A stretch of 64,000 bases of DNA from Phoronis australis (lineage: Eukaryota; Animalia; Phoronida): NCBI GenBank assembly GCA_002633005.1, contig NMRA01000559.1, positions 1-64,000 of the forward strand, given 5' to 3'. A program made the translations under genes and the position numbers. Positions 13,301 to 25,845 of this stretch are shown one piece after another. Each line of letters opens with the position of its first letter. Position 1 is the stretch's first letter. The notes beneath the pieces were generated by a model that was not told the DNA's origin, searched no databases, and saw nothing but the letters and a program-made list of their open reading frames with translations.

Positions 13301-16300
13301 TCTATGAGAGAAGTGAATGCGGCAATTAAAGAAAGAAGCCTAGGAAACTTCGAGCTGGAGTATGTGTAATCTTTCGAGACAATGATCCCGCCCACAGAAT
13401 AGGTAACTGCACCAAATGAGGTTTTTGAACTTTTGCCGAATAGTCTCATCACCGCCAGGTGGTATTATAACGGTAGCGATGATAACGTCACACGTGCTGT
13501 TGAGAGATATCTACGGGCCCAAGATAGGAGATAGAGTCACCGCAGACGAAAAGTTACACGAGCTGAGCTGTCTGCCTCAAGTGAACGACAGCTGAGCTGA
13601 CAGCTCACGTCAAGTCGTGGTCACACAACAGTTGTGTGAAGAAGCAGGTATTTGATTCAGTTGATCTCATCTTGGCGTGTCAGTTCATGTTAGGCACACA
13701 GCTCAATTCATAGCAGCTCCGTCTGTGGTGACTGTACTTCTTCCACGATGGATTGCAAAATCTGAGCAACGATGCTGCGTATTTAATTCAAGGGTGGGCC
13801 ATTTTGAACATTATTTATCTGTTTTATTTGTTGTTTTCTGGGTGAGGGCGAAAAAAATTAATGACCCTCGGACAGAAAAGTGTCAAGCTGAGACTGTTCA
13901 TCAGTATGACGGTTTCAAAACCGAAACAGACAAAAAATTTTGTGAGTCAGCTTTGATCCTATCTCGTGTGATTTTAAAGAATTCTCACTTGTAAAGGTCG
14001 ACCCCAGTTTCCTTCTCTAGAGTGTGCCACATCGGGTAAGCGTCGATCATCATGTTAACGTACACTGGTTCATCATAAGCCTTACGAATGATGCGTGTAG
14101 CCCCTCCTGAGCTCCCTTTGGCGTGAGGCAACTGAAACTACAAATATCACTCCGTTATTAGTTTGATTTACCTGTGGTGCGTTCTGTAAGCCCAAGACAC
14201 TTGCAAGGCACCTGGGGAGGGGAAAACTAGGCTTATGGAACGGAAAAAACGAATTCTATCTCATAATTCAACATTTCAATCTCACTGACCATTTCCTTCA
14301 GTGGCTGCCATTTTCCTAGGTCGCGACAGTAAAATCTTGACCACAATCGCTAAGCACTCGACTTTCACTCGCGTAATTTTTGTGCTCTTGCGTCGTCTAA
14401 CATTTCTCGATATTATTACGTCTACGGAACGCACCCCTGACCGAACGCCAAAAATGTGACAAATAAAAGTTAACAGTGGAAATAGGGGCGCTTCAGGTTG
14501 TTTTAAGATAAAATAGGCCATACTTTTCGTAACCGAATAAGCGCGTTAAAGTTACATTATCGGTTAGAAAAATTGTTTTCTAAGATGAGCCTCAGGGAGG
14601 ATTCGAAGCTATATTGGACCCCCGCGGTTACAGATAAACGCTATGCTGACGGATTTGAATTCCCACTCTATATCTGGCAGACAACGGCAGAAGTAGCGAT
14701 TCTTATAAAAATGACAAAAATACAACAGATTTAGGCAATGACTCCAAGAAGTCCATCCATCAAAAATCTTTAAAATGCGTTATTCGGTTGTTAACCCGAT
14801 AATGTCCCTTTTAAGACCCATGCGTTATGTGAAGCTGTTTCTATATCCAGAATTAGTTGAACGTAAATATATGTGAAACAAATGAGTAAAACGAAGAAGC
14901 TAATCTTCAACTTTAAACTATGCTGTGGCTGAAACACGGCGTACCAGTTACAAAAAAGGCCGAGCTTAGCTTGTATTAACAGCAACTTAAATCAAAAGTG
15001 CTGTGTGTGTGTGTGTGCGTGCATACGAAAATATTCAATAGGATCCTATAGGATCCTATAGGATCCTATAGGATCCTATAGGATCCTGTAGGATTCGTAT
15101 AGGATCAAGATTTCCTGTAGGAATTCCTAGAGGAATATCGATTTCCAATAGGAAATTTTTTCACAAATCTGGGCCGAGTTGCATAAAGCTTCAAAAGATA
15201 TCCGCTGGATAAGTTTGATTGTTGCATGACGTCATGTGCATTGTTCAACAATAATAACGTGACGCGTGATAATGCGACGTCATTGTTGCTATACGGCGTA
15301 TAACTTTTATGCAACTGGGCCCTGATTTCTAAACATTTTAACAAGCTAATAACCTAAGAGTATATAGCAAAATATCGGTTTGTTTTTATCTAATTTCAAC
15401 TCTTCTGAGTCATAAATTTTTGTAAATTTTAATATTCAGGCGAGTCTTAATACATGTACGTTAATTGCTTCGTAGAATCCTATTGAACTTCCAATAGAAT
15501 CCTATTGAACTGCCTACTGGATATATTAAAGTCTTATACGAATTCCTGTAGGATTTCTTATAGGATAGCCTAAAAGATTTCTATATGATTTCCTATTGGA
15601 TGCTTTAGGAAATCTTATAGGATCCTATTGCATTTCCTATAGGATCCAATAGGAAATCCTATAGGATCTAATAGGAAATCCTATAGGATTCCTATAGGAA
15701 ATCTTATAGGATTTCCTGTAGGATCCAATGCGATATCCTCTCGGAAACAGGAAGACCCATAAGATTTCAACAGGAAGAAATCCTATGGGATCCAATAGGA
15801 AATCCCATAGGATTCCTATAGGAAGTCCAATTGGATTTTGGCCCAATATCCTATGGGATTCGTATTGCATCCTATAGGAAGTCCTGTAGGATTCTTATAG
15901 GATTTCTATAGGAATCCTATAGGATTTCCTATTGCATCCGAGAGGATTTCCTTATGGATCCTATAGGAAATCCTATAAAATTTCCTATAGGAATCCTATA
16001 GGATTTTCTATAAGATCCAATCTGATATCCTCTCGTATCCAACAGGAAGTCCCATAGGATTCCAACAGTAAGAAATCCTATGGAATCCAATAGGAAATCC
16101 TATAGGATCGAGTAGGAAATCCTATATGATGCAATAGGAAATCCTATAGGAATCCTATTGCATCCTATAGGCAGTCCAATTGGATTTTGGCCCAATATCC
16201 GATAGGATTCCTATACGATTTCCTATAGGAACCCAATAAGAAACCCTATTGTAACAACAAATACAGATCTTTTATAATACTGGATGGAGACTGCAGTGAA

Positions 16301-19300
16301 ATGAAATGTGTTGTTATAAAGTTGGTGCATGTATATTAGTGCACAAAGCATGGCTTCCGAGAAACATGTTAAGGTGAACAGAGCATTTGATTATTGAATT
16401 TTGAGGCGCCACTTGTGTTCTCAGTAATTGTGAACTTGAAGCGTTTATTAATGCGCACGACATGGCACGAGATATGGAGACAATTTGATTTTGAATTTTC
16501 TAATGCCACTCATGGTAGGTGCAGTAGCTGTTGACTTGTACACCTACATACCCTGCATTTATATGTGCACAACAATTAAACATTCTGCTATTCACAGGCT
16601 TGAATTTTGCATTTTCTGCTCGATTTGATCAGCGCTGTTTATAGGGACTGTCAGTTGTCTGAATTCGGATCCTACGTCATCTACTAAATAACGGGCATTT
16701 TCTTGTAATTTGTAACTGAGATAAGGTTGATGTTATCCCCACCAGTTACCCCTCTGAATAACGGGTTTATTGAATGGAACTAAGTGTTTCTTTTTGGAAA
16801 CTCACCCAGAACACGGATGCCGGGTAGGCTAGCAGCACATATTCACATATTGTCCTCCAGGGGTGGGAATGCGCCCAATATAAGAGGTGTACGGTACGTG
16901 ACGCTCAGAAGTCAAGGATGTCTTTCACAGCAGTTTCTCTTCAAAGCTATGCTATGTCCAATAAAATTCTCTAGAAGAGTGAGTTTCCTTATTTTATGGC
17001 GGACTCCACCCCCAGGACTACCAGATTAGTTGCTGAATTAACCGATGAATAAGCTATTCAGTAAACGTCATAACATTGCATTAGAATAAAAATTAACACC
17101 TAGAATGAATTTTATTGGTTGAGGTCAGATGCACATTTTAGGTGTCGTGAAAAATACACATTATTAAATCACTTTTAGCCTGTTTCACATAGTTTAATTC
17201 AGGTCTTAAATAAGACTTGGGTACAAAGATTATTAGTTTCTACATATAAACATGAAGATGAAACGTCAAGTATGTTCTGTCTTACTAAAGTAGTTTTGTC
17301 TTGTGTTTCCTTTTATATTGTTAATATTTCTCCCGCTATTCTGTTACAGTTGAGAGAAAACGACTGAAACCAGCCGCCTGACCGTCTATTTTACCTTTGG
17401 ACAAAGTGAAAAGCAATCCTTCAGCATTAACCTGAGAGAATTGAACAAAATTCAGAAATTCAGCCCTTGATATGCCTGATTTTGCACTACATTGCTAGGC
17501 AAAATTACAATTGTTTTTAACAATGTTGTTTCTTTATATACTTTTCTTACATGTGGAACTTTTGTTGTGGACAAGTTAACACAAAACTTAAAATTGCTCA
17601 AAGGCCTTCTTAAGAAAGCTCTAAAAATAATTACACACACAAACAAATCTAATGCAAACAAAAGGAGTACTTCATTTTGATGGCTGCACATTTCTAGAGG
17701 TCAACACTGAGGAAAACGACAATTCGCAAGCGTAATCGCTAATCATTTCAGCTTTATAAAGAATAAGCACAACTGCACTGTGTGGGGCTTTAAAACTGAG
17801 GAAATATTGTGGTTTCAATAATCAGTGACAATCTTGCCTGTTGATGAAATTTTTATTCATCATCAAAGTGTAACATTAACGGGCTTTCTACTGACAATAA
17901 GACAATCGATGCAGTCACTGAATGTCATTTCCCCATAATGTGTACCAAATTGAAATGTTTTTACCATTAGCATAAAGCCTTTCTTCTGAAAGGAAAAGTT
18001 AATGTCACTCATTGAGAAAGGACAGGTATTTATACCAGATGCTTTTGGTTTTCATTTCACAGAGATCTAGTTTCAATAGCCTATAGAAGTGCTTGTAAAA
18101 AAGGTCCAGTTTCGGCACGTGGCTTTCCTCCAGGTAATCTCATTCAGCCTCAATTAGATCGTTGAAGGTAAACACAACAGCATATCACTTGACTCGTTTT
18201 GTGCCCAAAATCTGACCCTGAACTAGACCAGAGTTCCACTACGTCTTCTTTAGCTTCAATCCAGCATGTTTCTTTCAGGAAAGGAAATAAGCTATTGTCC
18301 ACACATGACTCATTGCCTATGATATGCCATCCTCACCAACGAGGCTGACTTGTGTAGTAGTCAGATATAGTTCCTCTTCATACACAAACAACACGTTGTC
18401 TTATGGTAACTTCGTAGTGCGATTCACATTTCACCAGGGCCACTGACATGTACATTGTGCCATGCAGCACTAATGGTGTGTGGAAATGCTGTGGGCCGGA
18501 GTAACAAAGCTTGTTCGTTGTCTCCGATGAAGAAAGTAGGCTCTGACAACAGATCTACACTGGATGTGAAGATCTTCCTGGTTAGCTGCAGTCAACTGCT
18601 TAAAAACAATTTTTGTCCATTCAGGGTCGATGCAGAAGCGATGCATATCTCCTCTGCATGGTACAAACCCTCAAACCTAAAAACCAAAGGTCACGTGAAA
18701 ACAGACATGATAGATTTTCGTTTCAACGTGTAATAAATTTCCGGAAGACACGGGATAGGGAGTAAACAAATAGTCTAACGTATATTTAAATACCCTTTGC
18801 CATGGCATTGGGCTTGGACTGTAATCTCAATAACCAATATCGAGTTAAACATTCAGCATTCATTGATGTAACTGTCACTGATAAACCTGTTAGAAATCAA
18901 ACAATAATACTGCTTTGATGTACGAAAACATCCCGAGTGCTACATCAAGTATCGTAACACGCATCACAACAAACAAAGATTAACCCGACAGGCGACTGCC
19001 GTGATGTCGACATCGGCGAGTATCTCAATTAACAGGCATAAGTAGAATAAACATGGAATAATTGTTAAAATAATCACAAACCTTACCTTTGTATAAGGTG
19101 GTGCTTACTTCTCTCATAGAAGCACCCTTTTCACGCAATCTCAGATTCAGTTGGCACGCCTACAAGCCATTTCACCATGTATTTAAAGGGCTCGCGAAAT
19201 CGAGGCTGTTAATCTATCACCACTAGTACACGCGCGCCTCTAGTTAATGTAAATTTTCCGAATAGCCCCATTGGGTTACACACCCTTTTTAGAGAGTCGC

Positions 19301-22300
19301 CATCAACCAACATTTTTAGAGAGAGATTTGTCATTAAAAGGGAACCTTCTTTTGTAGGGAACGTATGTGAAATTCAACCTTTCGTATTTTTCTTCGTAAC
19401 ATAATTCTTCAGTATGCGTTATAATCCTTACAAATGTTTATTCATTGTATTAAAATCGAAAAAAATTGTTGCATTTCCTTTTTAACTTCTTCAAAAACTA
19501 CTAATTGTATCTTTCACAAAAACGGATCCTTGGTAGTCTTCCCGGTACGTCAAGTACGCCTCCGTATCTGAGCGGCAAGTCCGGTATATGCACTCATGTT
19601 CTGCTCCTTTAGGGTACCCTCGGGTTAGGGTTATTGTTCGTAAACCTCAAAATTTCCATGCACCATAATAATTAATCTGCTTATGTGGATTCTAATCTAT
19701 ACAACTTTCTGAAATCATCTCATAACTACAAGCTCAGTTGACGTGAATGTGTTAGTAATCCATTAAAATGCTCAAAACTTCGAATCGCCGAAAGGCCAAT
19801 ACCGCTTTGTGTCACATTCTATAGGACCAGACGGATAATTATGCTGGGCTGTCTGTCTCAAGTCAACCGTATTAAGTACATGAACTGACAGCTTACGAAA
19901 ATGCAACAGTTAAATGGCCTAGACGCTAATTCATTTGTTGTGACTCGCATTGGCAGAGCTCTCAGCTCCGCTTACTCACTGTTGAGGCGGACACGCATTT
20001 CACCACGTTGTCATTCGCGCTGGCTTGCAGATTGATAACAGAAAAGAGGACAACAGTACAGCACGATACATATCATTTGATTTGGTCAATATTTTCATTT
20101 TTTGCATATTATATTAAGGTAACGAGTAAACTTATTTTACGAAAATGTTGTTTTTTTAATATAGGTTGTGTATGTTGCAAACTATGAGAGGATTTCAAAC
20201 CAATTTAATTTCATACGAACACATGCTTTCTAGTGAAAAACGCCGTTTTTGGAAAGGAGCAACCAAGACGCACCGTTTGTTTGCGTGACCCTGTCAATCA
20301 ACAATGACGGCAAACTTGGGTAAAAATGCAAGACGAGAGCGCTCGGAAGAGCGACACTTGGCGGAATTAATCGAAAAGACGACAATGAGAGCGACGACGA
20401 CAATCATGACGATCAAGGCTGCAATAATGGATAACACGGTAACATTCATGTGACTAGCAACGAAATCAAATAGAGAGTATACAATCAACTACAATAAAGA
20501 ACAATAGATGGCGCCACATGACGGTCCAGTCTACAGTAGAACAGTGCTGGCTGGGTCAGTCTGGGTCAACTAGGCATAATCAAAACAAAGTGAACTGAAA
20601 GCCAGCCAGCTGCGTGTGACCGAAGGAACAACGGTATTCGAAAATCTCGAATAATTCAAAAAGTATACGTCGTAGCGCAAAATGAAAATTATCATCTGAA
20701 AGCCCGTTCAAAACTCTATCTAAAGTGGTAGTTTGTCAAACACGATAACATTCATGTGACTAGCAAAAAATCAAATAGAGAGCATACAATCAACTACAAT
20801 AAAGAACAATAGATGGCGCAACATGACGGACGAGCCATGCTTTAAAGTAGGACAGTGCTGGCTGGGTCAGTCTGGGTCAACTAGGCATAACCAAAACAAA
20901 GTGAACTGAAAGCCAGCCACCTGCGCGCTTGCACAGGGACAACGGTATCCGAAAATCTCGAATAATTCAAAAAGTAGACGTCGTAGCGCAAAATGGAAAA
21001 TATCTTCTGAAAGCCCGTTCAAATCTCTATCTAAAGTGGTAGTTTGGCAAAAATCCAAAAATTTTTCGAGAAAATTGAAAATTTGCCGTTTTTTTTTGAA
21101 ATTCAAAGTCAAATAACTCGAAAACGGTAAGTCTGAGAAATACGCTCTCGCAGACTTTTTGAAAGGCCATACTTCAAGGAATCCACATGCAAAAATTCAC
21201 GTCATTTGCTCTTCCCATAAAAAATGCGACACCAGAGCGATTGAAACCGTGTGAACATGCCCCACAGCCGCCATCTTGAAGGTGACTTCCGGTTCAATAA
21301 TTTTTTATAAAAGCTTGTTAAACTCCACAAACACGTGACCAGTTTGAAAGTGATTGGTTTGCAATTGCGCCCTGCTGTCAGAGCAACATACTTGGCGGAA
21401 GAATTCCGCCAAGTAATGAAGCTCGCTTCTAAAATGACACTTGAAGTCAAAAAAAAGTTTTCTGTCATGCAACGGTAATGTTGCGTTTCTATGAATATTT
21501 CTCCTTGCTTGGTATTTTTGCAGAAAGTTAGAGTCATGGAAATATTGTGGTAGTTGATTATTCATCAATCTGTGATAAAGCTTTAAGCAAGGCATCAAGA
21601 AGTAGTGTTTTAAAAGCTTGCATATACCGGCGTATAGGAGAAAAAGGCGTCACTTAGAAACATGTCTCAAAGCTTGCTTTTGTAAACTTCTTAAGCGATT
21701 ACTTTGGTTGAAAGCCCACAAACATATACCAAATGATAAATTTGATGAAATCAAGGAATTGTGAATAAGAGGGTAAAGCGTGGATTAGAATATAAAGTTT
21801 CAAAATAGATAGTATGCCATTTTTTCCTGATATTTTATTGGAAATTTCGGCAACATGTTTTGTCCAGGACAATGTACTATCTAAATAAATTATTAAAAAA
21901 TTAAAATTATCAACCATTTTTGTATATTTGGAGTTATTTTTACTGTGTTCAACGAGAGTTTGTTTACAGTCAACCGGCTACAGACATTTTGCAATCTATT
22001 ATTTATGGAGTCAATTTAGAACTCAGAGTATGTTTTGCTATTTTAGTTTATACTTAGGGGCGGTACAGTGCATGTGTAATCCAAATATGTTAGGAATTTG
22101 GCACCAGATGGAGATATTAGGTCATCGATGTATATTAGAAATAGTAAGGGGTCTAATGTTTACCCCCTGTCGAAAGCTGGTGGTAAATATTAGGTATGAG
22201 GAGGAGATAGGGTCTAACAGAATATATCGCTATCTCATTTCCAGTGTTTCCGTGGAACTTCAATGGTCTATAGTGTCGAACGCCTTGGATAAGTCCATAA

Positions 22301-22878
22301 AAAATAAGTGGGTAGGTGTTATTGTCCAGGTGTTCAGAAAAAGATATTCACAAGTTCTGTCGCAGCTAACTCAATGAAATTATCAAATGCAAACCTGGTC
22401 GGTCACGACTTTTAGCTCGGAAACCCAGTAACGGTGTTAATGGGTCACTCAACTTAAGTCTCTGGCAGACGACATTTTTACGCCATCAGAATATTACATA
22501 CAGGCGGTCTGGCACACATTGCATGAGACGTACACAGACTGCTCAAGTGGGCCCATTGCACTGATCACCTGGAACCATCATTATGCTTTAGTAAAGGTAC
22601 AGATAAACCCAAGCTGAGGAGCTAGAGACCTTGCTCAAGGGTTTAGTAGTGCGCCCGAGTGGGACTCTAACCTACGACCTCGAATAAAGGATGCGGACAT
22701 TTATCCTACTAGGCCACAATGCTTCATCTACGCCATCAAAAGGATAACATACTGAATAAATAATACTCACTTTTTCAAGCAGCAGTGTTTGCAGCCCATT
22801 CTTAGCTAAAGTATACGCAGTTGCTGAGCCCTCTATGCCAGCTCCCACTACAATGGCGTCATACGTGCAATCGGTCAT
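4338..22878 (-). CDS. PIPOX: PIPOX / monomeric sarcosine oxidase-like FAD-dependent amine oxidase (divergent)
   Basis: Exons (minus strand): 22878-22771 [22 protein letters not shown] (GxGxxG); 14137-13989 [21 protein letters not shown]; 12468-12255; 10941-10759 (VVLATGGW); 9485-9309 (YGLP...YMK); partial 6033-5942 (..[13 protein letters not shown]-linked Cys motif); 5408-5333 [13 protein letters not shown]...TGFSG; 4450-4338 [11 protein letters not shown]...FRIDRFEK*. All visible splice sites are GT-AG with consistent phases. An acceptor at 22887-22888 just before the ATG implies a 5'UTR intron. The symbol denotes family, not proven orthology. Confidence 0.9.
5772..5920 (+). mobile_element. 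Short dispersed MITE-like repeat (hAT-like GGCGGATCCAGGATTT terminus)
   Basis: An inverted copy at about 43193-43345 is similar over ~145 bp; related termini occur near 29315-29625 and 37705-37740. Confidence 0.7.
6125..7120. repeat. GC-rich minisatellite, ~55-bp unit, ~17-18 diverged copies
   Basis: Consensus approx. cagcttggccgcggcccgcctacctgccgtcggtccccgtcggcgctgccttcgg. Confidence 0.92.
7140..7252. repeat. (TG)/(TGCG) microsatellite
   Basis: Directly visible; similar tracts at 11064-11155 (CA) and 30002-30085 (TG). Confidence 0.9.
12966..13460 (+). mobile_element. Degenerate mariner transposon remnant with a nested ~125-bp inverted-repeat element (about 13173-13297)
   Basis: TACGAGGG terminus. 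Frameshifted [21 protein letters not shown] and DNDPAH...FELLP match mariner KVMxxVFWD, HDNAPxH and ELLPHP motifs. Nested TIRs are ctagccctggaatgccaact / agttggcattctaggcctag. Confidence 0.65.
15036..16250. repeat. Palindromic TCCTATAGGA-based satellite-like array with internal ~300-350-bp higher-order duplication
   Basis: (GGATCCTATA)n at 15041-15090; gtccaattggattttggcccaatatcc occurs near 15825 and 16174; an inverted piece of the same family is at 6035-6125. Confidence 0.88.
15169..15324. mobile_element. 156-bp MITE with 2-bp (AT) target duplication
   Basis: Termini CTGGGCCGAGTTGCATAAA and TTTATGCAACTGGGCCCTG, flanked by AT on both sides. Confidence 0.7.
18080..18470 (-). mobile_element. 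Degenerate SWIM/YqaJ-exonuclease ORF of an ISL2EU/Kolobok-type DNA transposon
   Basis: Minus strand reads AQCTC..GE (SWIM-like) and [22 protein letters not shown]...[10 protein letters not shown] (YqaJ C-terminus-like), with stops and frameshifts. Confidence 0.45.
20440..21050. repeat. Direct tandem duplication of a ~300-bp unit (TE-derived)
   Basis: taacattcatgtgactagcaa...tctatctaaagtggtagtttg occurs at about 20440-20735 and 20746-21046. Confidence 0.85.
21480..22375 (-). mobile_element. CR1/L2-clade LINE reverse-transcriptase fragment
   Basis: Minus-strand [13 protein letters not shown] (about 22262-22300), [29 protein letters not shown] and [16 protein letters not shown]; disrupted. Confidence 0.8.
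22385..22725 (-). mobile_element. tRNA-derived SINE
   Basis: A-box-like gtggcctagtagg, B-box-like ggttagagtccc, core cccttgagcaaggtctctagctcctcagct shared with the copies at 55715-56030. Confidence 0.6.
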
Positions 22879-23658
22879 ATTGTCGCCTGAAAATGGTATA
22901 GGTATATATACGGACATTTGTTTCGTAAGTCAGCAGCAGCGTGTATTATCTTTCTGATATCTGGTCAAATTTATCTCCACATAGTTACCACATACGGGTA
23001 TTTTCAAGTGAAAAAGCAATGCTTTTGATAGCAATGCTTCGCACACTTGTATTTGGTGGAAAAGTGGACATATGCCATTCAAAATTGTGGTTGCCTGCTC
23101 CTCCGACGACTTCCTAGATCAGCGCGCCAGTGAGATATGTCCCGGAGTTGATTCCAGGACTTCAAGACGGGAAAAGAGAGTACCGTGTGCCTGACCACGC
23201 GGGATATTCACGTATCACTGATGAATAGATAGTTGCCTCACGGATGCGTGGACACGGATACTCTGTGTACTGATCACGTGTCAACTGAATGACTTCCTTT
23301 ATACGTGCGCCTTAAGGCGATAACTAAAAAATTACCAGCAGTGTCTGTACCCCTGTATTACATACGAAAATTAATCACAACATAAGCACATAGTCATAGT
23401 TTGCTCAATATTTCAAATAACAAATAAAGATTTCTTGACTGGTCTTTGGTAAACTGATTGAAAAACTTAAAGCTAATAAAATATTTAATATTTTTGAGTA
23501 CTCAGCCGAAGAACTTAAACTGATTATTTTATTACGCAACGGATGACGCGACAGTTTCGTCGGTGTCGTGTATCGGCAGACCATGATTGAAACATAAATT
23601 TGCCCGTTATGACAAACTTGCAACTAATCGAGCCTGGTCTCGAGCAAATGCGAATTAA

Positions 23659-25845
23659 GAGTGACTCCATATAAAAACCAACAGGTAGAGTCTATACCCA
23701 AATTCACCGATTTTTTTGAAACTTAGCACATGAGTTTGGTTTGTTGAGAAGTAGAAAAACCTCACTTTTTAAGAATTTTCATTCATTATTTTTCTTTTTA
23801 TGACCTGTACCTCCATTTTGCAACAAAATTGGGCGTCGAAGTAGGCATGTTTGAATGCATTTTACTAGCATGTNNNNNNNNNNNNNNNNNNNNNNNNNNN
23901 NNNNNNNNNNNNNNNNNNNNNNNNNNNNNNNNNNNNNNNNNNNNNNNNNNNNNNNNNNNNNNNNNNNNNNNNNNNNNNNNNNNNNNNNNNNNNNNNNNNN
24001 NNNNNNNNNNNNNNNNNNNNNNNNNNNNNNNNNNNNNNNNNNNNNNNNNNNNNNNNNNNNNNNNNNNNNNNNNNNNNNNNNNNNNNNNNNNNNNNNNNNN
24101 NNNNNNNNNNNNNNNNNNNNNNNNNNNNNNNNNNNNNNNNNNNNNNNNNNNNNNNNNNNNNNNNNNNNNNNNNNNNNNNNNNNNNNNNNNNNNNNNNNNN
24201 NNNNNNNNNNNNNNNNNNNNNNNNNNNNNNNNNNNNNNNNNNNNNNNNNNNNNNNNNNNNNNNNNNNNNNNNNNNNNNNNNNNNNNNNTTCCCATTTTCT
24301 CAGTATTTGTAAGAACTTACCGTCATCTACATGGAATGACTTCCACACGCGAATTGCTTGGGTGGAATAGTGGGAATTTGGGAATGTCCTTATACCAGGA
24401 ACTGAGTATTTTGGAAAAGACTTTGTTGCATTGACTGAACATGCATACACATAACATCCCTTCACACGACCACTGGAAAGTAGTGCTTCTTTCAAATCCA
24501 GAAAGTTTATGATATTATTACTTTCGGCTGCAAAGTACTTTGCATGTTGTTTGAGGGGAGCCGATCTTGCGATCACAGAGATCCTTTCCATTTTGACTTT
24601 TACTAATGTCATATCTCGAAACAGAAATGCAGGTAGAATTTGACAAGGCTGCTACGTTCAGGAGGAGAGGAGCAGAGTGGTAACATCCAGCATTACCTGA
24701 CTCTTCCATGACTGGTCCTGTTCAGTCAGAAACTGATACACCGACTCGGGGTAGTACGAGTCCGTACTCTGGCACAGGCCTTGCTTTGTGAAGTAGTTTC
24801 TTGTATCTCAAATGTTCAGTGGTTTCTTTGACATAACTCACTAAAGCACAAAGATTTTTGTGATTTTTTGAAGAATAAACTTTAAAGGAACATGAAGGCC
24901 CATCGACACCGTCCGCCATTTTGTCTTTTTAAAATGCACTTGCTTGTCTCAAAACCAGTTATTACAAATATCAATTCTTACTCGTTTAATCTTAAAGGCA
25001 TTTATTTCCATTCAAAAGTTCTACAGAGTGTTTAAATTAACGTGATTATGTAAAAGAAATGAAAGAATACGAGAGGGTTACATGAACATTTTTTATAAAT
25101 CCTCAAGCTTTAAACCTCAACTGACTCCCTCAGTGGGCAAAGGTCATCGGGTTCAGTTTCGATACTAGCCGCGTAATAAACCCGGAAAACATCTTGTTTT
25201 CATTTGAAAGACTTTAGACTTGGTTTCTATAACTATTTAAAGCAGACTTCTTGCCTAAAAGTTTGTTCAAATGGTCTGTAAACTCTGCTCGTCATTTACA
25301 AACTATGAAAATAGACAGTTTTGCAAGACAATTTTCACTAAAGTGCAAAGTTGAGGCAAGATTTTTTATTGCTCAGTCATCAAGACTAACTCCTTAACTG
25401 TATGTTCAAAACGTCACATAAGGCTACAAGGTGTTTTATGGCAGTAAGAAGGTCACAAAAATGGCCACTAAAATTAGCCCCAAAAAGTGGTCTGTGGATT
25501 ATCTCCCCTGTCTAGCACAAAACTGTTAGATTTTAATAAATGGCACAGAATTATGGACAGTATACGTTGATTATTTCAGCCACCAAAATATAGCTTTCGA
25601 TCTATTTTGTATGTTACTCATTTTTGTTGCTGAAAACATGCGATTTTTGAGACAGCTAATTTTCCCAATTGTGCCAATTTGTGTTATCATGCTCCAGCGG
25701 CGAAATTAGGGGTCATTGAGTGCACAAAATTTGGAATTTGAGTTTTTGTTAGGATACCTACCCATGTACAAAAAATGAAGTTGTTTTAAATTTTGACGTA
25801 TAGACTGATTTTTGAAAATCTACTGGTTTTTATATGGACTGCCTC
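23659..25845 (-). mobile_element. Sola3-like DNA transposon, internally deleted and degenerate (contains the N gap)
   Basis: TTAA target duplication, GAG...CTC termini, TIR core TCCATATAAAAACCA. Transposase remnant GNAGCYHSAPLLL...SRYDISKSQNGKDLCDRKI at about 24550-24700. Confidence 0.75.
23874..24288. other. Assembly gap (415 N)
   Basis: Run of n; the ORFs spanning it are artefacts. Confidence 1.

Noticed and set aside
23779-24434. Long ORFs of 165-277 aa
   Set aside because: They read through the 415-N gap; only the flanking transposase remnant is real.
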